A DNA stretch of 64,000 nucleotides from positions 7,572 to 71,571 of IMG/VR virus record IMGVR_UViG_3300019890_000004; one strand, given 5' to 3'. The DNA comes from a virus. This document shows positions 43,371-54,965 of this stretch, piece by piece. The notes beneath the pieces are model-generated. The model saw nothing but the letters and a program-made list of their open reading frames with translations. It was not told where the DNA came from and searched no databases. Within the stretch, counting starts at the first letter, position 1. Every line of letters starts with the position of its first letter. Position numbers and translations under genes: made by a program.

Positions 43371-46300
43371 CGTCGTTCCCCTCCCCGGTCAGCGCGGCGA
43401 GGATCACGTTCCGCTCGAAGCAGTCCTCCGGTTTCGCCGGGTTGCCGTTCTCGTCCCGGCACCGCTGGCAGCCCAGGCGCTCGACCCTCACGCAGTCCGG
43501 GCAGGTACGGCGGGGAAGAATCGTGAACAGGTGATTGGAGCACGCCTCGGTGTAGGCCACGTAACGGGTCGGGGCGTGCATCTCCAGTACCGCGCCCACG
43601 GCGGCCAGGAGCCGGGGCGTGTCGTCCCTGGCCTCTGTGATCGCCAGGAGGCCGCCGACATTGCCACGGCCATCCCACACGCGCTGATCGCGGTCCCTGA
43701 TCTCCGCCAGTGCGGCGGCAAGCTTGTCGTCAGCCACCAGCGTTCCCCTCTCCGGACAGGGCCGCCGCGATCACCTTGCGCAGCTCGTCGGCGCACTCGT
43801 CTTGCGCGTCGCCTTCCGCCGCGAACCGTTTCCAGCCGTCCGCCGCGCGCAGTGCCGCCTCAAGAGCGGCCAGCAGCCGCCGCACGTCGCCCTCGGGCAC
43901 GTCATGCTCAACCGTCCAGGGCGTGTAGGCGTGGTACTCGATGCGCCACTCGTTGCGGGCCTTGATCTCCGCCAGGACGGCGGACAGCTCGTCGTCAGCC
44001 ACGGTCCACCCCGATCGCGTCGTGGTACTCGACTGTTCCGCAGGGGATGTCGTGCATGGTCCCTGCCTCGTAGTGGCTGTAGGGGAGCCTGCAGAACGGT
44101 GCCGGGCACTGCGGCCAGTGGGCGGCGAAGTGGTGCCGTCCTCCCTCATGGGACCGGCACGGGAACCACGTCCGCCGGTCCCGGTAGACCACCACGGCGG
44201 CGCGGAGGCAGCCGTGGGCGTCCAGCGGCTCGGCGAGGGGAGGCGGGGGAACGGTCGCCCCGGGGTGCGCGAGCGAGTCGACACGTCCGCGCGCCGACGG
44301 CCTGACCGCCTCCAGGAACGCGGCCTGCAACAGGGTGAGCGGCTCCTCAGCCATGACCTATCTCCCCCACAACGAGCGCGGCAGCGAACGCCTTGACGAT
44401 CGCACCCGCCTGCTCGTCGTTCATCCGGCTCAGCTTGAAGCGGTCATTGCCGATCGCGACCGCGACGTCGAGGATGGCCAGCTCCGAGCTGGACGCGGTC
44501 GCGCCCGGCCCTGTGCGGAACCGGGCCGCCTCATCCCAGCGGACCCACCTCTCCGTGGTGCCGGTGCCGATGGCCGCAGACCGGAAGTCCTTGCGGCGGA
44601 GCCAGTAGCCATCCCAGATCAGGAGTTCGACGGCGGCCCGGACGTGCGGGTCGTGGTCCTTCGTCCACCTGCGCAAAGCGGTGACGGTCTTGTCGAAGTC
44701 AGCCACCGGCGTTCTCCGTCCGGGCAACCGAGGCGAGGGTGATCCCGTCGATGAACCGGCGCACGCCCTGCTCCGCCACGTACAGGCTCACGCCAGCGCT
44801 GGCGAGGGGCGAGTACCCGTTGCCCTCGGCGTCCTTCTCCAGGACCACCTTCCGTTCTCTCGGCTGGGTCGCGAGGTAGTCGAGCAGGTCGCCCACGGTG
44901 GACATGGGCGCGTCCCCCGCCTCCTGCTCGTCGTCTTCATCCTCGAAGCCGGGCAGCTCGGCAGGCTCGAACATCACCGTGCTGAAGCCGATGCCGCGCA
45001 GGCCCGGCCCGTCAAGGTAGAGCGTCGAGTCGGAGCGGCCGACGTCGAGCCGGTGCACCACGTACACCTCGCCGGGCTTCAGGTACCTGGCCGCCTGCTC
45101 CTGCGCGCCCTTATAGCCGGCGTCCGGGTGGGCGAACCTCGCCCCGATCGGGAATCCCATTGCCTTGTCCTCTCCTGCTGCTAGAACGGTGGTTCTCTAT
45201 CGGTGCGCCGCAGGTAGCGGCGCGTTTCGGCGAGCTTCCCGATCGCGGACCCGCACCCGCACAAGGCCGCCCCGTTGTAGCCCGCCGGTACCGGGAACTC
45301 CGGTTTCGGGGTCATGGTGTAGAACCAGCCGCGCCCCGAGCAGGCATCGCAGCCCCGGTCGGCGCGCAGGCGGACGGTGATCTCGGCCGGGCCGAGCCGC
45401 AGCGTGCACGGCCTCCGCGTGGCGACGGTCAGCCGGCAGCGGATACCGTGCAGCCAGTTGGCGATATCCCGCGCCCGCCGCGCCAGGCGCTCGGCCAGGG
45501 ACGGCCGGCAGTCGCACTCGCCCCCGCCGTGAACCGCGTCAAGGTGCTCGAAGTGCTCCTCGTACGCCCTGGCGATGTCGCCGTCCTCGGGGTCCGGCTC
45601 GGGGAGGTCGTCGTCGTCGTACCAGTCGTCGTCCGGTTCCTGGTCGTCGTCCTCGTCCCAGTCCTCGGCGGCGGTCATCCCGGCTCCGGCGCAACCCTGG
45701 CGAACCGGATCACCATCTGCTTAACCCCGTGGTTCTCCTCATGCGTGACCGTGGCCGACCATCCCGCGCGTGTCTCGATGCGGACCACCGAATCGGCCGG
45801 GTCCTCTCGCGCGACCCCGTTGAGCGGGGGGTAGGTGTAGTCGCGCGACGTCGACACGTTGGCCACCACGGCGGGGGTGGTCACGGTCACCCACTGGTTC
45901 AGGCCGTAGGGCCCCCCGGTCAGCTCGACGGAATTGGGGTGGCGGGTCGCCGTCCGCCACGCCACGGCGTCGTCGATCATGGTCTCCAGGCAGCCGCACC
46001 CGTCGGCCCCCTCGTGGTGGTGGCCGATGCAGCGGTCGTCGAAGCAGCCGCAGCGATCACCGCCCCACGTTCCCGAGCCGTAGCCCCACATCCGCAGCCA
46101 CTCGGCCCGGGTGAAGCCGGCATCGCGGATCGCCGCCCTCGCCGCCGCATTCAGGGCTGTCACCGGGAACCTTCCTCTCCTGCCGCCGTGGCGGCGTCCG
46201 CCTCGTCCTGCCGCTCCTGGCAGGCGTTCCGGTCGGTGCACCGCACCATGATGCTGTCCTTGCCGTCAGCGTCCGGGTCCCGCACGCTCACAAGCCGCGC

Positions 46301-48284
46301 GGCGTCGATTGCGGCGACCTCGATCCCGCACAAGGCGCACCGCCAGGTCCCGCCGGCGCCCTGGTGCTCTTGCAGCTCCTCGTGCAGCAGGTCGTACATG
46401 GACGCAATCGCCTCGTCGGTTTCGTGGTCGCCGCACAGGACGCCCTCGGGCAGGGCGTCGCAGTCGGCGCAGTCGCCGTCCTGGTACTCGCGGCGGTAGG
46501 CGGCGGCGTCCTCCAGTGCGCTGAGCGCGGTCCCGAGCTGCTCGCGGTCAAGGACCGGGCCGAGCGCCTTGCGCAGTTCCGCCTCGGCCACGGCGTCGCT
46601 GGCGGAGTTGACGAGCGCGAGCCGGGCCGCGATGCGGACCGCGTAGTAGGCGGAGTCGTGGCGCCTCGCGAGTGCCGCCACGAGGAGCGCGGCGAGGTCG
46701 GGGATGATGCTGTCCTGGTCAGCCACGGGACGCCTCGCTTTCCGCGAGCTGCCGCTCAAGCTCCGCGTTCCTGGCGCGCAGCCGGTCAAGCTCGGCGTTC
46801 TTCTCGGCTTCCTCGATCGGCTTCAGCCGGTTCCGGGCGATGACACCCGCGCTGTCCAGCCGCCGCAATGCCTCGCGGAGAGCCTCCGTGGCCTCGTCGC
46901 CAGCCGACGAGTCGAACATCTCGACGTCGCAGCACATCAGCTCGTCGAGGATCCGCCGCGCACTCTGCACGGCCTTCCGTGCCGTCTCGATCGCCTGCGG
47001 CCACCGCTTCACCAGCACGGTGATCGCCTGCGCCTCAAGCTCCGCGTCCGTGGCGCCTGCTTCCCGCTCTGCCCGCATGACGGCCTCTCCGTCGTCGCTG
47101 GCGGCGTTCGCCTCGTTCCACACCATGTCCGGGTCGCTGTAGTGGTCAGTCAAGGTCGGATCCTTCTCCGTCGATGGGGTCGGGGGCGTCGGCCGGGGCC
47201 TCTTCCCGGATGCTCACTGCCAGCCAGACAGGGCGCCCGTAAGGCCTGATCTCCTCAAGCAGCACGTAGACGGCCGCGAATGCCTCCCGGTCGCCGGCGA
47301 GCATCCTGGCCGCCTTCTGCCACACCGCGCGGTCGCGCCGGTGACGCCCGAGGCCGATCGAATGCGCGCTGTAGCGGGTCGTCAGGTCCACGCCCCAGAA
47401 GGCGAGCGCCGTGCCGGGGACTTCCGCGTACGTCACCTCGTCCGTCGCGCGGACGTCATCTGTGAACCCTGGGCGGAGCGGGAAACGGAGCGCAGTCCCT
47501 GCGGGGACGCGGGCCAGGGCGACCTCGTGCGGCCTCGGCGTCACCGTGACCACGTTGATCATGATCAGCTCTCCTTCGTCTTGCCGTCTGCGATGAGGGC
47601 GGCGATCCTGGCGGCTTCCCGCCGTGCCGCCGGCAGGCCCGCAGCATCGGCCCGGAATCCGGTCCGCCCGAGGGGGGACTTCCACGCGGTCACGGCGCCG
47701 GTGCCGGAGTGCCAGCGGACCACCCAGAGGGCTCCGCGCGGTCCCTCGGCGGTCCAGTGCGCGCCGTCGTGGATGAGGGTTTCGTCGAGGCCGCCGAGCG
47801 GGGTCTCGCCGTTGCCCGCGGCCCGCCAGGTCCCGCCGGTCGACTGCGCGGTCGTCCGGGCCTCCTCGGCGGTGAGGACGGTCTCTCCGTGCCGGTTGGC
47901 GTAGATGCCGCCGTCCGGCCAGACGACCTCGTACGCCTTCGCGGGGGTGCCTGCCGTCTTCGCCTCGGCCGCGCGGCGGGCGTCGTACTTCGCGCGCCAC
48001 TCCTCCGGCGTCTCCGTCAGCGGTTCGGGGTCCATGCCCCAGTTCGGCAGCAGCCCGGCGCGCATGGCGGCGAGGTAGGCGTCGCCGTCCGCGTCGGACG
48101 GCTCGGGCAGGAGGCTCACGAACGCGGTCAGGGCGCCGGCCAGGTCGTCGCGGAGGTGGGCTTCGCCGTCCTGGGTCATGGTGTGGGTGCCCAGGCGGCG
48201 GACCAGGTCGGCGAGGCCGAAGATCTGCGCGCCGGTCAGCTCGGCCGTGTAGGTGCGGGGCTTCTGGTTCGCGGTGCTGCTCAT
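43363..48284 (-). other. array of about 11 coupled small hypothetical genes (43363-43737, 43730-44002, 43995-44354, 44347-44706, 44699-45160, 45181-45678, 45675-46163, 46160-46726, 46719-47153, 47146-47562, 47565-48284)
   Basis: contiguous ORFs with 4-8 nt overlaps and GC3 bias; first two are paralogous. Confidence 0.65.
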
Positions 48285-48285
48285 G

Positions 48286-48534
48286 TCAGGCGCTCCTGTT
48301 CCAGGCGAGGCGGATCTTGCGGGACAGGTCGGGGCGGCCCTGGCCGGTCAGGTCCGCGCACAGGCGGCGGGTGATGACCTCCGCGACCTCGGCGCGCTTG
48401 GCCGCGAACGCCGGGGAGGTGACGTCGGCGCCGGGGTTGACCCGGGCGGTCAGTTCCCCGGCCTTGCGGTAGACGACGGCGAGCGCGTCGAGCGCGTCCC
48501 CGCCCTGCACGGCGGTCTCGATGGTGTTGCTCAT
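48286..48534 (-). CDS. hypothetical protein, probably leaderless
   Basis: TATGAT 6 nt upstream of ATG at 48534. Confidence 0.6.
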   Translation of the reverse strand: MSNTIETAVQGGDALDALAVVYRKAGELTARVNPGADVTSPAFAAKRAEVAEVITRRLCADLTGQGRPDLSRKIRLAWNRSA

Positions 48535-48600
48535 GGCAATATCATATGGCCAATACACGAGGCATGGCAATATGATTCGGCCAACCCGTGTGGCATTATT
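48532..48600. promoter_or_regulatory. divergent promoter with direct-repeat operators
   Basis: catggcaatat(c/g)at(at/tc)ggccaa at 48532 and 48563; AT-rich. Confidence 0.65.
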
Positions 48601-48606
48601 GGCGGC

Positions 48607-48849
48607 ATGACCGAGAGCGAAGGGATCAGGCGGCTGCGGAACCTCGTCGCCACGCAGAAACAAGCGGCCGCCGCCGTCGACAGTGCCCTTGAGGAGCTGC
48701 TCCGCGCGGGCGAGTACGTCGAGGACATCGCCGCCGCGCTCGGGGAATCCCGCGAGAAAGTCCGCCGGTTCCGCGTAGAGCACGGCATCCCCGATGCCCG
48801 CGACATCCGCCGCGAGAAGGGCGAGCCCCGCCGGCGCCCTTCCGCCTAG
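48607..48849 (+). CDS. small HTH DNA-binding protein
   Basis: GEYVEDIAAALGESREKVRR; isolated + strand gene. Confidence 0.7.
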   Translation: MTESEGIRRLRNLVATQKQAAAAVDSALEELLRAGEYVEDIAAALGESREKVRRFRVEHGIPDARDIRREKGEPRRRPSA

Positions 48850-48854
48850 CCCCC

Positions 48855-49220
48855 TCACCGCGCGCCCGCCGCGATCTCCTCGCGCAGGCACGCCGGGCAG
48901 ATCCTCTCCCCGTCCGGCCACCGCTCCCGCATGTGGGCGGCACACCAGGCCAGTGCCCCGAACCGGACCCCGCCCGGCGCGAACGCGAGCACGGCGATCG
49001 CCGCCGCGAACCCGGCGAAAGCCTGGCCGCCGCCCTTCCCGCCGTAGAGCATCGCGTCGGCACCCCACAGGGCGTTCTCGCCTTCGGGCTGCGGCAGGCG
49101 GAGGCGCGCGGCGAGGCAGCCCCTGGCGTCCTTCCCTGCGTCACGCAGCCGGCCGATCTCCAGCGGGACCGCCATCGCGAGGGTGTCGAGCAGCAGCCCG
49201 GGGTTGTCGCGCCCGCTCAC
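48855..49220 (-). CDS. hypothetical protein
   Basis: GTG at 49220; LAFAPGGVRFG motif. Confidence 0.55.
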   Translation of the reverse strand: MSGRDNPGLLLDTLAMAVPLEIGRLRDAGKDARGCLAARLRLPQPEGENALWGADAMLYGGKGGGQAFAGFAAAIAVLAFAPGGVRFGALAWCAAHMRERWPDGERICPACLREEIAAGAR

Positions 49221-49380
49221 GGCCGGTCCCCGAGCACCAGGTCCCCGCCGCGGTGAGCGGCGAGAACCTCGGCCTCGCGAGGTGCGATGCGTTCCGGCCG
49301 CCGCGGCTTCTCCGGCTGCCCGTGCAGGGCCCAGGCGCGCAGCCGCCGCTCCCGTGCCCTGCGGTCCTCCTCCAGTCTCG

Positions 49381-49587
49381 TCACGACGGCCGGCCGCCTT
49401 CCGGCTCCCCGCGCAGCATGTCCCTGAACTGGGCGGCGTGGAAGCGGCGGTGCCCGCCGGGGGTGCGGATGCTGGTGACCGTGCCCTCGCGCCCCCACCT
49501 GGAGGCCGTCTTGACATCGACCCGGAACATGAGGGCGACCTCGGCAGGGGTCAGGAACTCCTCCTCCGGCGGGGGGATCTCGGTCAT
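49381..49587 (-). CDS. bldC: second BldC-family protein
   Basis: FLTPAEVALMFRVDVKTASRW..TSIRTPGGHRRF. Confidence 0.82.
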   Translation of the reverse strand: MTEIPPPEEEFLTPAEVALMFRVDVKTASRWGREGTVTSIRTPGGHRRFHAAQFRDMLRGEPEGGRPS

Positions 49588-50816
49588 CAGCCGCCCTCGA
49601 TTCCGGCGGGGAACTCGAAAAGGTGCCAAACCAGCCCCTCGCGAGTCCGGGGCGCGGTCCCTGCCCGCCGCGCGCCGGGAGGCAGTACGTGGCCGGTGCC
49701 GAACACCTGGAACGTGCGCTCTCGCGGGAGTTTCGCCTCGTCGTGCTCGGCCCAGAACTCGACCCCCGACCCGTAGCCGAGAGCGCCGACGTGCACCGGC
49801 TCGCCGGTCATGCCGTGAGTGGTCCAGCCGTCGATGCCGACCTCGTAGCGGAGCATCCGGCGGCGTGGGGCGGTCTCAGTCATCGGCCCTCCGCGATTCC
49901 GCGCACGGCTTCGGCGCACCCGTGCTCGATCTCGGACTTCTTGCTCGGGTGGCTCGCCGACGCCGACAGTTCGAGCCCGGCAGCGAGGTCCGCGAGCCGC
50001 GTGCGGATGAGGGTGAGCGCCCCAGGCTCGGTCTTGTCCAGGCCGTCGCTGATCACGTCATCCGAGACGGCGTTGCCGGCGGCGTTCCATGCGCGCCGGA
50101 TCGACGGCTTCTGCTCGCCCCATGCCGGCAGCGGCTCGCCGGATACGAGCGACTTGCCGTCGCTGTGCGCGGCGTACGCCTCGTAGGCAATCTGGCCGTA
50201 AGTGACTATCTCGGTCACGTCAGTCCCCCGGCCACTTCGAGGACCTCGTCGGCGTTCCCGGTGTAGACGCGGCTCTTCGCCGCGAGCGCCGCCGACTCGA
50301 TCCTGCTGCCCGTCCTGTCGGCGTCGCGGTCGTGCATCGCGGCCTGGTCCTTCCACCGGGCTGTCATCGCCGCGAGCTGCTCGCGGAGCTGCCTGGTCTC
50401 GGCCATGGCCTCGCGCAGCTCCTCGGGCTGCCTGAGCCTGGCGGCCTCGACGGCGTCCTTCGCGGCAGTCTCGATGTCGGCGCGGAACTCGTCGGCAAGG
50501 TCGTCCCACGGCACCGCCTCGTAGCCCTCGAAGCGCCCCGCCTGGGAGGCGGTCAGCGACGCGTGGAACGCCTGCCCCGGCGTCAGCCCGGTCACCACGC
50601 GTTCACCTCGACGGGACCGGAACCGGCCGGCGGCTGCCCCGCGCACGGCTTGATCGCGCCTTCCGCGCGGGCAGTCACCTCGTAGACCTGGCACCGGACA
50701 CAGCGGAACAGGTCGGTGTCCGGCTCGTAGCCGAATTCGTGACCGCCGAACGGGTCCGCCTGCCCCGGTGGCACGGCGGGCGCGGCTGCGGGCTGATCTT
50801 GCGGGGTCTCGGTCAT
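49587..50816 (-). other. four small coupled hypothetical genes (49587-49883, 49880-50218, 50215-50595, 50592-50816)
   Basis: overlapping starts and stops, GC3 bias. Confidence 0.6.
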
Positions 50817-51022
50817 GCCCCGCCCCTTCCGAAGCGGTCGAACTCGCCGTTGCGCACCCCTCCGAGGAACGCGTGCCACTCATCCGGGGTGAACGCGAGC
50901 ACCGGGCCGCCCCTGTCTGCGGTGTCGCGGACGAAAACCGTCGCAGCCACCGAGGCGGCCTCAGCGCAGTTGCCATTAGCGAAGCTGTGCGTTGATTTGC
51001 GAAAGTTCAGGTTGTCTTGCAT
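50813..51022 (-). CDS. DUF397 protein
   Basis: FRKSTHSFANGNCAEAA..VRD..GPVLAFTPDEWHAFLGGVRNGEFD. Confidence 0.85.
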   Translation of the reverse strand: MQDNLNFRKSTHSFANGNCAEAASVAATVFVRDTADRGGPVLAFTPDEWHAFLGGVRNGEFDRFGRGGA

Positions 51023-51708
51023 GACTTTTCCTCTCCTTGGGAAATTTGCGCAGCAGCGGGAAACGCGTCGAGCGCGCCACTCTTGGCCCTGGCCATGAAA
51101 GCGCGCCATTCCCCCGCAGTGAGCCGCAAGGTGGGATTTCCCGCGTTATGGGCGTGGCGAAGCCCGACGATGCCACCGCCCAGGTCAGCTACCTCAAGGC
51201 AGTCGCCGTTACAGGCGGCGCTTTCGGGGAAATTCAGCCGGGCGTACCTGTCGAATAGTTCGCAGGCGGCGGCGTCGTGGGCGCGTGCGGCATCCTCCTC
51301 GGAAGGGAAGTTGCCGAGATGGCGCGTCTTTCCCTCGAAGGTGATCCGAGATTCCCACTTCGCCCTATTCCCGCTCACCCCTATGTACCGGGAGGTCGCG
51401 CGAGGCCGCTTCGGGGTGTTCGCCTTGTTCTGCCCGGCGGTCGCGGGGCGCAGGTTGATCCGCTGGTTGTTTAGGCCGTCGCCGTCAACATGATCGGGTC
51501 GGGGACCGGCGATCAGGTTGTGCATGAACAAGGCCTTGCGGTCTGGCCTCTTGCCAACTTCAGTACGGGCGTAAGGGCCTCCCCGGTGCCTGGCGCTGGC
51601 GTCTTCCTGCACCCTCCACCTGTGCTGCATTACGAGGTCGTAATCCTCGTCGTCAACGAGGGCGACCCGGCCGGCCGCTTTTTTGCCGTAAAGAGGGACT
51701 GTTTTCAA
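51007..51708 (-). CDS. HNH-AP2 homing endonuclease fused to the C-terminal half of a DUF397
   Basis: TTG at 51708 after GGAGG; DHVDGDGLNNQRINLR, SRYIGV..HLGNF..AARAHD..LNFP, then CNGDCLEVA..EWRAF. Confidence 0.85.
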   Translation of the reverse strand: MKTVPLYGKKAAGRVALVDDEDYDLVMQHRWRVQEDASARHRGGPYARTEVGKRPDRKALFMHNLIAGPRPDHVDGDGLNNQRINLRPATAGQNKANTPKRPRATSRYIGVSGNRAKWESRITFEGKTRHLGNFPSEEDAARAHDAAACELFDRYARLNFPESAACNGDCLEVADLGGGIVGLRHAHNAGNPTLRLTAGEWRAFMARAKSGALDAFPAAAQISQGEEKSCKTT

Positions 51709-51815
51709 TGTCGCCTCCCGTTTCCGCCAGGGATGATTTTGATCCAGCCGGAGGCCGGCGGCGGCGGCGCTTGCGAAGTACTCAAGATCATTTCCTTTCG
51801 GGAATCCGAGGGGGG

Positions 51816-51854
51816 CCGTGCCCGTCCCGCCGGGTGGAGACGGGACGGGCACGG
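51816..51854. terminator. 13-bp GC hairpin, terminator or processing site
   Basis: ccgtgcccgtccc/gggacgggcacgg just after the lipoprotein stop. Confidence 0.55.
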
Positions 51855-51867
51855 GGGGCTGCGGCGG

Positions 51868-52488
51868 CTACTTGGCAGGCTTGGCAGGGGCCTTACGGGC
51901 GGCCGGCGGGGCGGTGTGGATCGCGGCGGTGGGCGCGCCGACGACCTTCAGCGTGTGCGTGGCCGCGTTCCACTCGGCAGCGGCGGCGACGGTCATCACG
52001 TCGCCCTCCCAGTACTGGAGGTAGTTCGCGCCAGAGCCGTTGACGCAGATCACGTAGGTTCCCATCGACGCGGACGGGGCGTAGACGCCGTTCGGGTCCA
52101 TCTGCGCGGTGATCACGCTGCCCGCAGACGCGTTCGGGTCGGGGTTGACCTGGTCCGGGTTGCTGAGCTGCGCGGTATTGGCAACCGGCATGCCGATCGA
52201 CGGGCACGAGAACACCGGGTCCTGGTCGCCCATCTGGAAGAAGAACGAGGTGGTCTGCGAGCCGTCGGCGGAGATCGTCTCAGCGTCGATGAGGGTCTGC
52301 CGGATCTGCGACCAGGAGAAGTGCGGGATGGGCTGGTCGGCGATCAGTGACGTGGTGTCCTGGGTCTGCTGGGCGTTCTCCTGCTGCTGCCCGGCGGGCG
52401 TGCTGCCGTCGCTGGTGCAGGCGGCGAGCGAGACCGCGAGCGCGGCGGCTGCGGCGAGGGCGGCGATGGTACGGCGGTTCCTGTTCAC
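51868..52488 (-). CDS. lipoprotein
   Basis: signal peptide with LAAC lipobox. Confidence 0.75.
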   Translation of the reverse strand: MNRNRRTIAALAAAAALAVSLAACTSDGSTPAGQQQENAQQTQDTTSLIADQPIPHFSWSQIRQTLIDAETISADGSQTTSFFFQMGDQDPVFSCPSIGMPVANTAQLSNPDQVNPDPNASAGSVITAQMDPNGVYAPSASMGTYVICVNGSGANYLQYWEGDVMTVAAAAEWNAATHTLKVVGAPTAAIHTAPPAARKAPAKPAK

Positions 52489-52490
52489 GG

Positions 52491-52949
52491 TTACGGCTGT
52501 CCTGCCTGGTAGAGGGGGGATTGCGGGGATACCGCGCCGTCAGCGCAGTTGACGGAGGCCCACTGTGCCTGCTGGGCGGGGAGCGGGGTTCCGGAGATCT
52601 GGGCGGCGTCGGAGCAGACGATGCCGGCGATGCCCGCGCGCTGCGCCTTGAGCGCGGTCGTCAGGGACGTGTCGTTCCCGGCCGCCGCGATCTGGGTGGT
52701 GATCGTCTCGACGGCGGCGAGCTGGCTCGTCACCTGGGCGCGGAGCGTGGTCTGGTTGCTGTAGCCGTTCTGGGTGTTCTGCGCCTGGTGCGTGGCGTCC
52801 TGGGCGCTCAGCCACCAGCCGAACACGTGCCCGGCGTAGGTGAGGCCGCCGATGAGCAGGCAGGCCGCGAACAGCACCACCACCCAGGCGGGGAACCATC
52901 TCCAGGTGCTGCGGATCACCCCCGCAGGGGTCGGGTCGTCGTCGAGCAT
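52491..52949 (-). CDS. membrane-anchored protein
   Basis: N-terminal TM; adjacent to the lipoprotein. Confidence 0.7.
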   Translation of the reverse strand: MLDDDPTPAGVIRSTWRWFPAWVVVLFAACLLIGGLTYAGHVFGWWLSAQDATHQAQNTQNGYSNQTTLRAQVTSQLAAVETITTQIAAAGNDTSLTTALKAQRAGIAGIVCSDAAQISGTPLPAQQAQWASVNCADGAVSPQSPLYQAGQP

Positions 52950-52953
52950 CTGG

Positions 52954-53303
52954 TCACTTCCTCGGGTTGTCCCGGCGTCCTGCCGGGGTTCTCCTGCCGT
53001 CCCGCAGGGAGCGGGCGGCGGTTATCGGGGTCACGTTCTTCGGGAGGGGCCGCAGCGGCACGGGCGGGGCTGCCGGTTTCCCGCAGGTGGCCATGTGCGG
53101 CATGTGCCGGCGCTCGTACCCGAGCGGCTCCTCCCCGGCCTTGAGCTGCCGGGTCCGGTACCCGCCGGTCCCGTCCCGGTAAGCGGCCTGGTTCCCGCCG
53201 CGTCCGGGTGCTCGTCGAGCGGCATGAGCTTCCCGCGGGCGGTCAGCGCCCACAGGAGCCGGGCACCGCACGCGGAGCAGGTGACGGGCCTCAGGAGGGT
53301 CAC
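52954..53303 (-). pseudogene. Zn-ribbon protein with a frameshift near 53195
   Basis: CSACGARLLWA..MPLDEHPDAA continues as GNQAAY..HMATC in another frame. Confidence 0.55.
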
Positions 53304-54965
53304 GGGTCGCGGCCCTCGGCGAGCACGGGCTGACTGCCGGTCGCGTCGGCACGGGCCGCCATCGCCGCCTTCTTGGCGAGGTAGTCCGCCCCTCCGGGCC
53401 TGCCCGCGTCCGGCAGGCTGCTGTTCCCCGACGCCCGCCGCCAGTTCGCCGCGGCGGGAGGCGGGGACCAGCCGCGCATCTTCAGCCACGCCACGTACTC
53501 GGCGGCGAGCCACTCGTCGGAGGCCTCGCCCCGGTCGCGGAGGCGGGACACGAGGGCGTCGACCGCGTCGCGGGTCTCCCGGTCCGGTTCGCTCACGATG
53601 CCGCCTCCTGCCAGGCGGGGTTCTTGCGGCAGTGACCGCAGGTCACGGCCTGCGGGTCTGCGTCGACCGCCCGGCCCTGCACCGAAAGCCAGTCACCGGG
53701 ACGGCAGGCGGGACGCCCGCTCCCCGTGGTGGCGTAGTGGACCGCCGGGGGCTTCTTCGGGTCCGGGGGGCCTGCGGGCTTCGGGACACGGGGCGGGTGG
53801 ACGGCCTTAACGCAGGCGTCGGACAGGTCCATCACCTTCGCCACAAGAGCTGCGCCCTGCCGCCTGCCGGTGAACGCGGGGGCGACGTGCTGCCACAGAA
53901 AAGCTTCAAGCTCTTCCCTGCGGTCGCTGGCGGCGCTCACGCGGCCGCCCTCGCCATGCGCTCGTCAATCCGAAGCCTGCGCTCCGTCACCTTCGCCACG
54001 CAGGCCGACAGCCGGGCGACCTCCACGTGGCCCTTGAGGATGCCCTGCTCGATGAAGATCTCGCGTCCCTCGGCGGCGGCTTCCCTCGTGCCGCACATGA
54101 CGTGCCACTCACCGCCGCCCGGCCCCGCCCAGAGCATGGTCAGCCGGCTTTCGCGGGCACGGGCGAGGAAGTACATCCACTTGCCCTCGCCGATCGTGCT
54201 GGCGAAGATGCCGCACTCGTTGACCCAGACGCCCCAGTCGGTCGCTGGCACCGCGCTCATCCGGTCGCCGCCGTCTCGGCCAGCAGTGCCAGGACCTGGG
54301 CGCGGTTGTAGACCAGCGGCTTGCCCGACACGGGGACCGGCGGGTCTGAATCGATCCGCTTCTCCTTGTGCGCCTGCCACACGGCGTGGTGGGCGGCCGA
54401 GGGCAGGGCGGCGAACTCGGCCCGCGTCATGTACTCGCTGAGATCGGTCACGTGGTCACCGCCGGCAGTGCCCTGGCCTGGTCCCCGCCGAGGATGGCCA
54501 CGGTCAGGTACAGGCGATCGCCCTCATAGGCGTCCGGCCCGGTCACGATCGCCACGCCCGGCAGGGTCGGCAGGAGCGCGGCGAGGGCGGGAGCGGACTC
54601 GCCTTGCAGCCGTACCCGGACGATTCCGGGCGGCAGCGGGGCGAACTCGCGCTGGCGGCGGCCGGTCACGCTAGCCTCCGGTTCGCGCCGGTGCGCCGCA
54701 GCTGGGACGGGACGGCGAACGGGATAACCCTAGCCAGGGCGGCGCAGGAGTCGCGGAGCCGCCGGAACCGGTGTTCTCCCTCCCGCCGCTGGTAGCCGGC
54801 CGGGACGTCCCCCACCCGCGGGGTGTCGGTGGAGTCCCAGCGGACCAGTGCCGGGCCGTCCTGCCCCTCGTCGAGCGGCACGAGATCCCCGGCGACGTCG
54901 ACGGCGAACAGGACCCGGACGCCGCAGTCCGGGCAGTCGCCGATTCCTGCGTAAACGCTGGTCAT
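53300..54965 (-). other. six small coupled genes (53300-53596, 53593-53940, 53937-54260, 54257-54451, 54448-54669, 54666-54965)
   Basis: 4-nt overlaps; 54257-54451 may be a small DNA-binding protein. Confidence 0.6.

Noticed and set aside
53185-53205. Programmed frameshift (also near 2182)
   Set aside because: No slippery heptamer; one-base loss in short runs fits sequencing error or decay.
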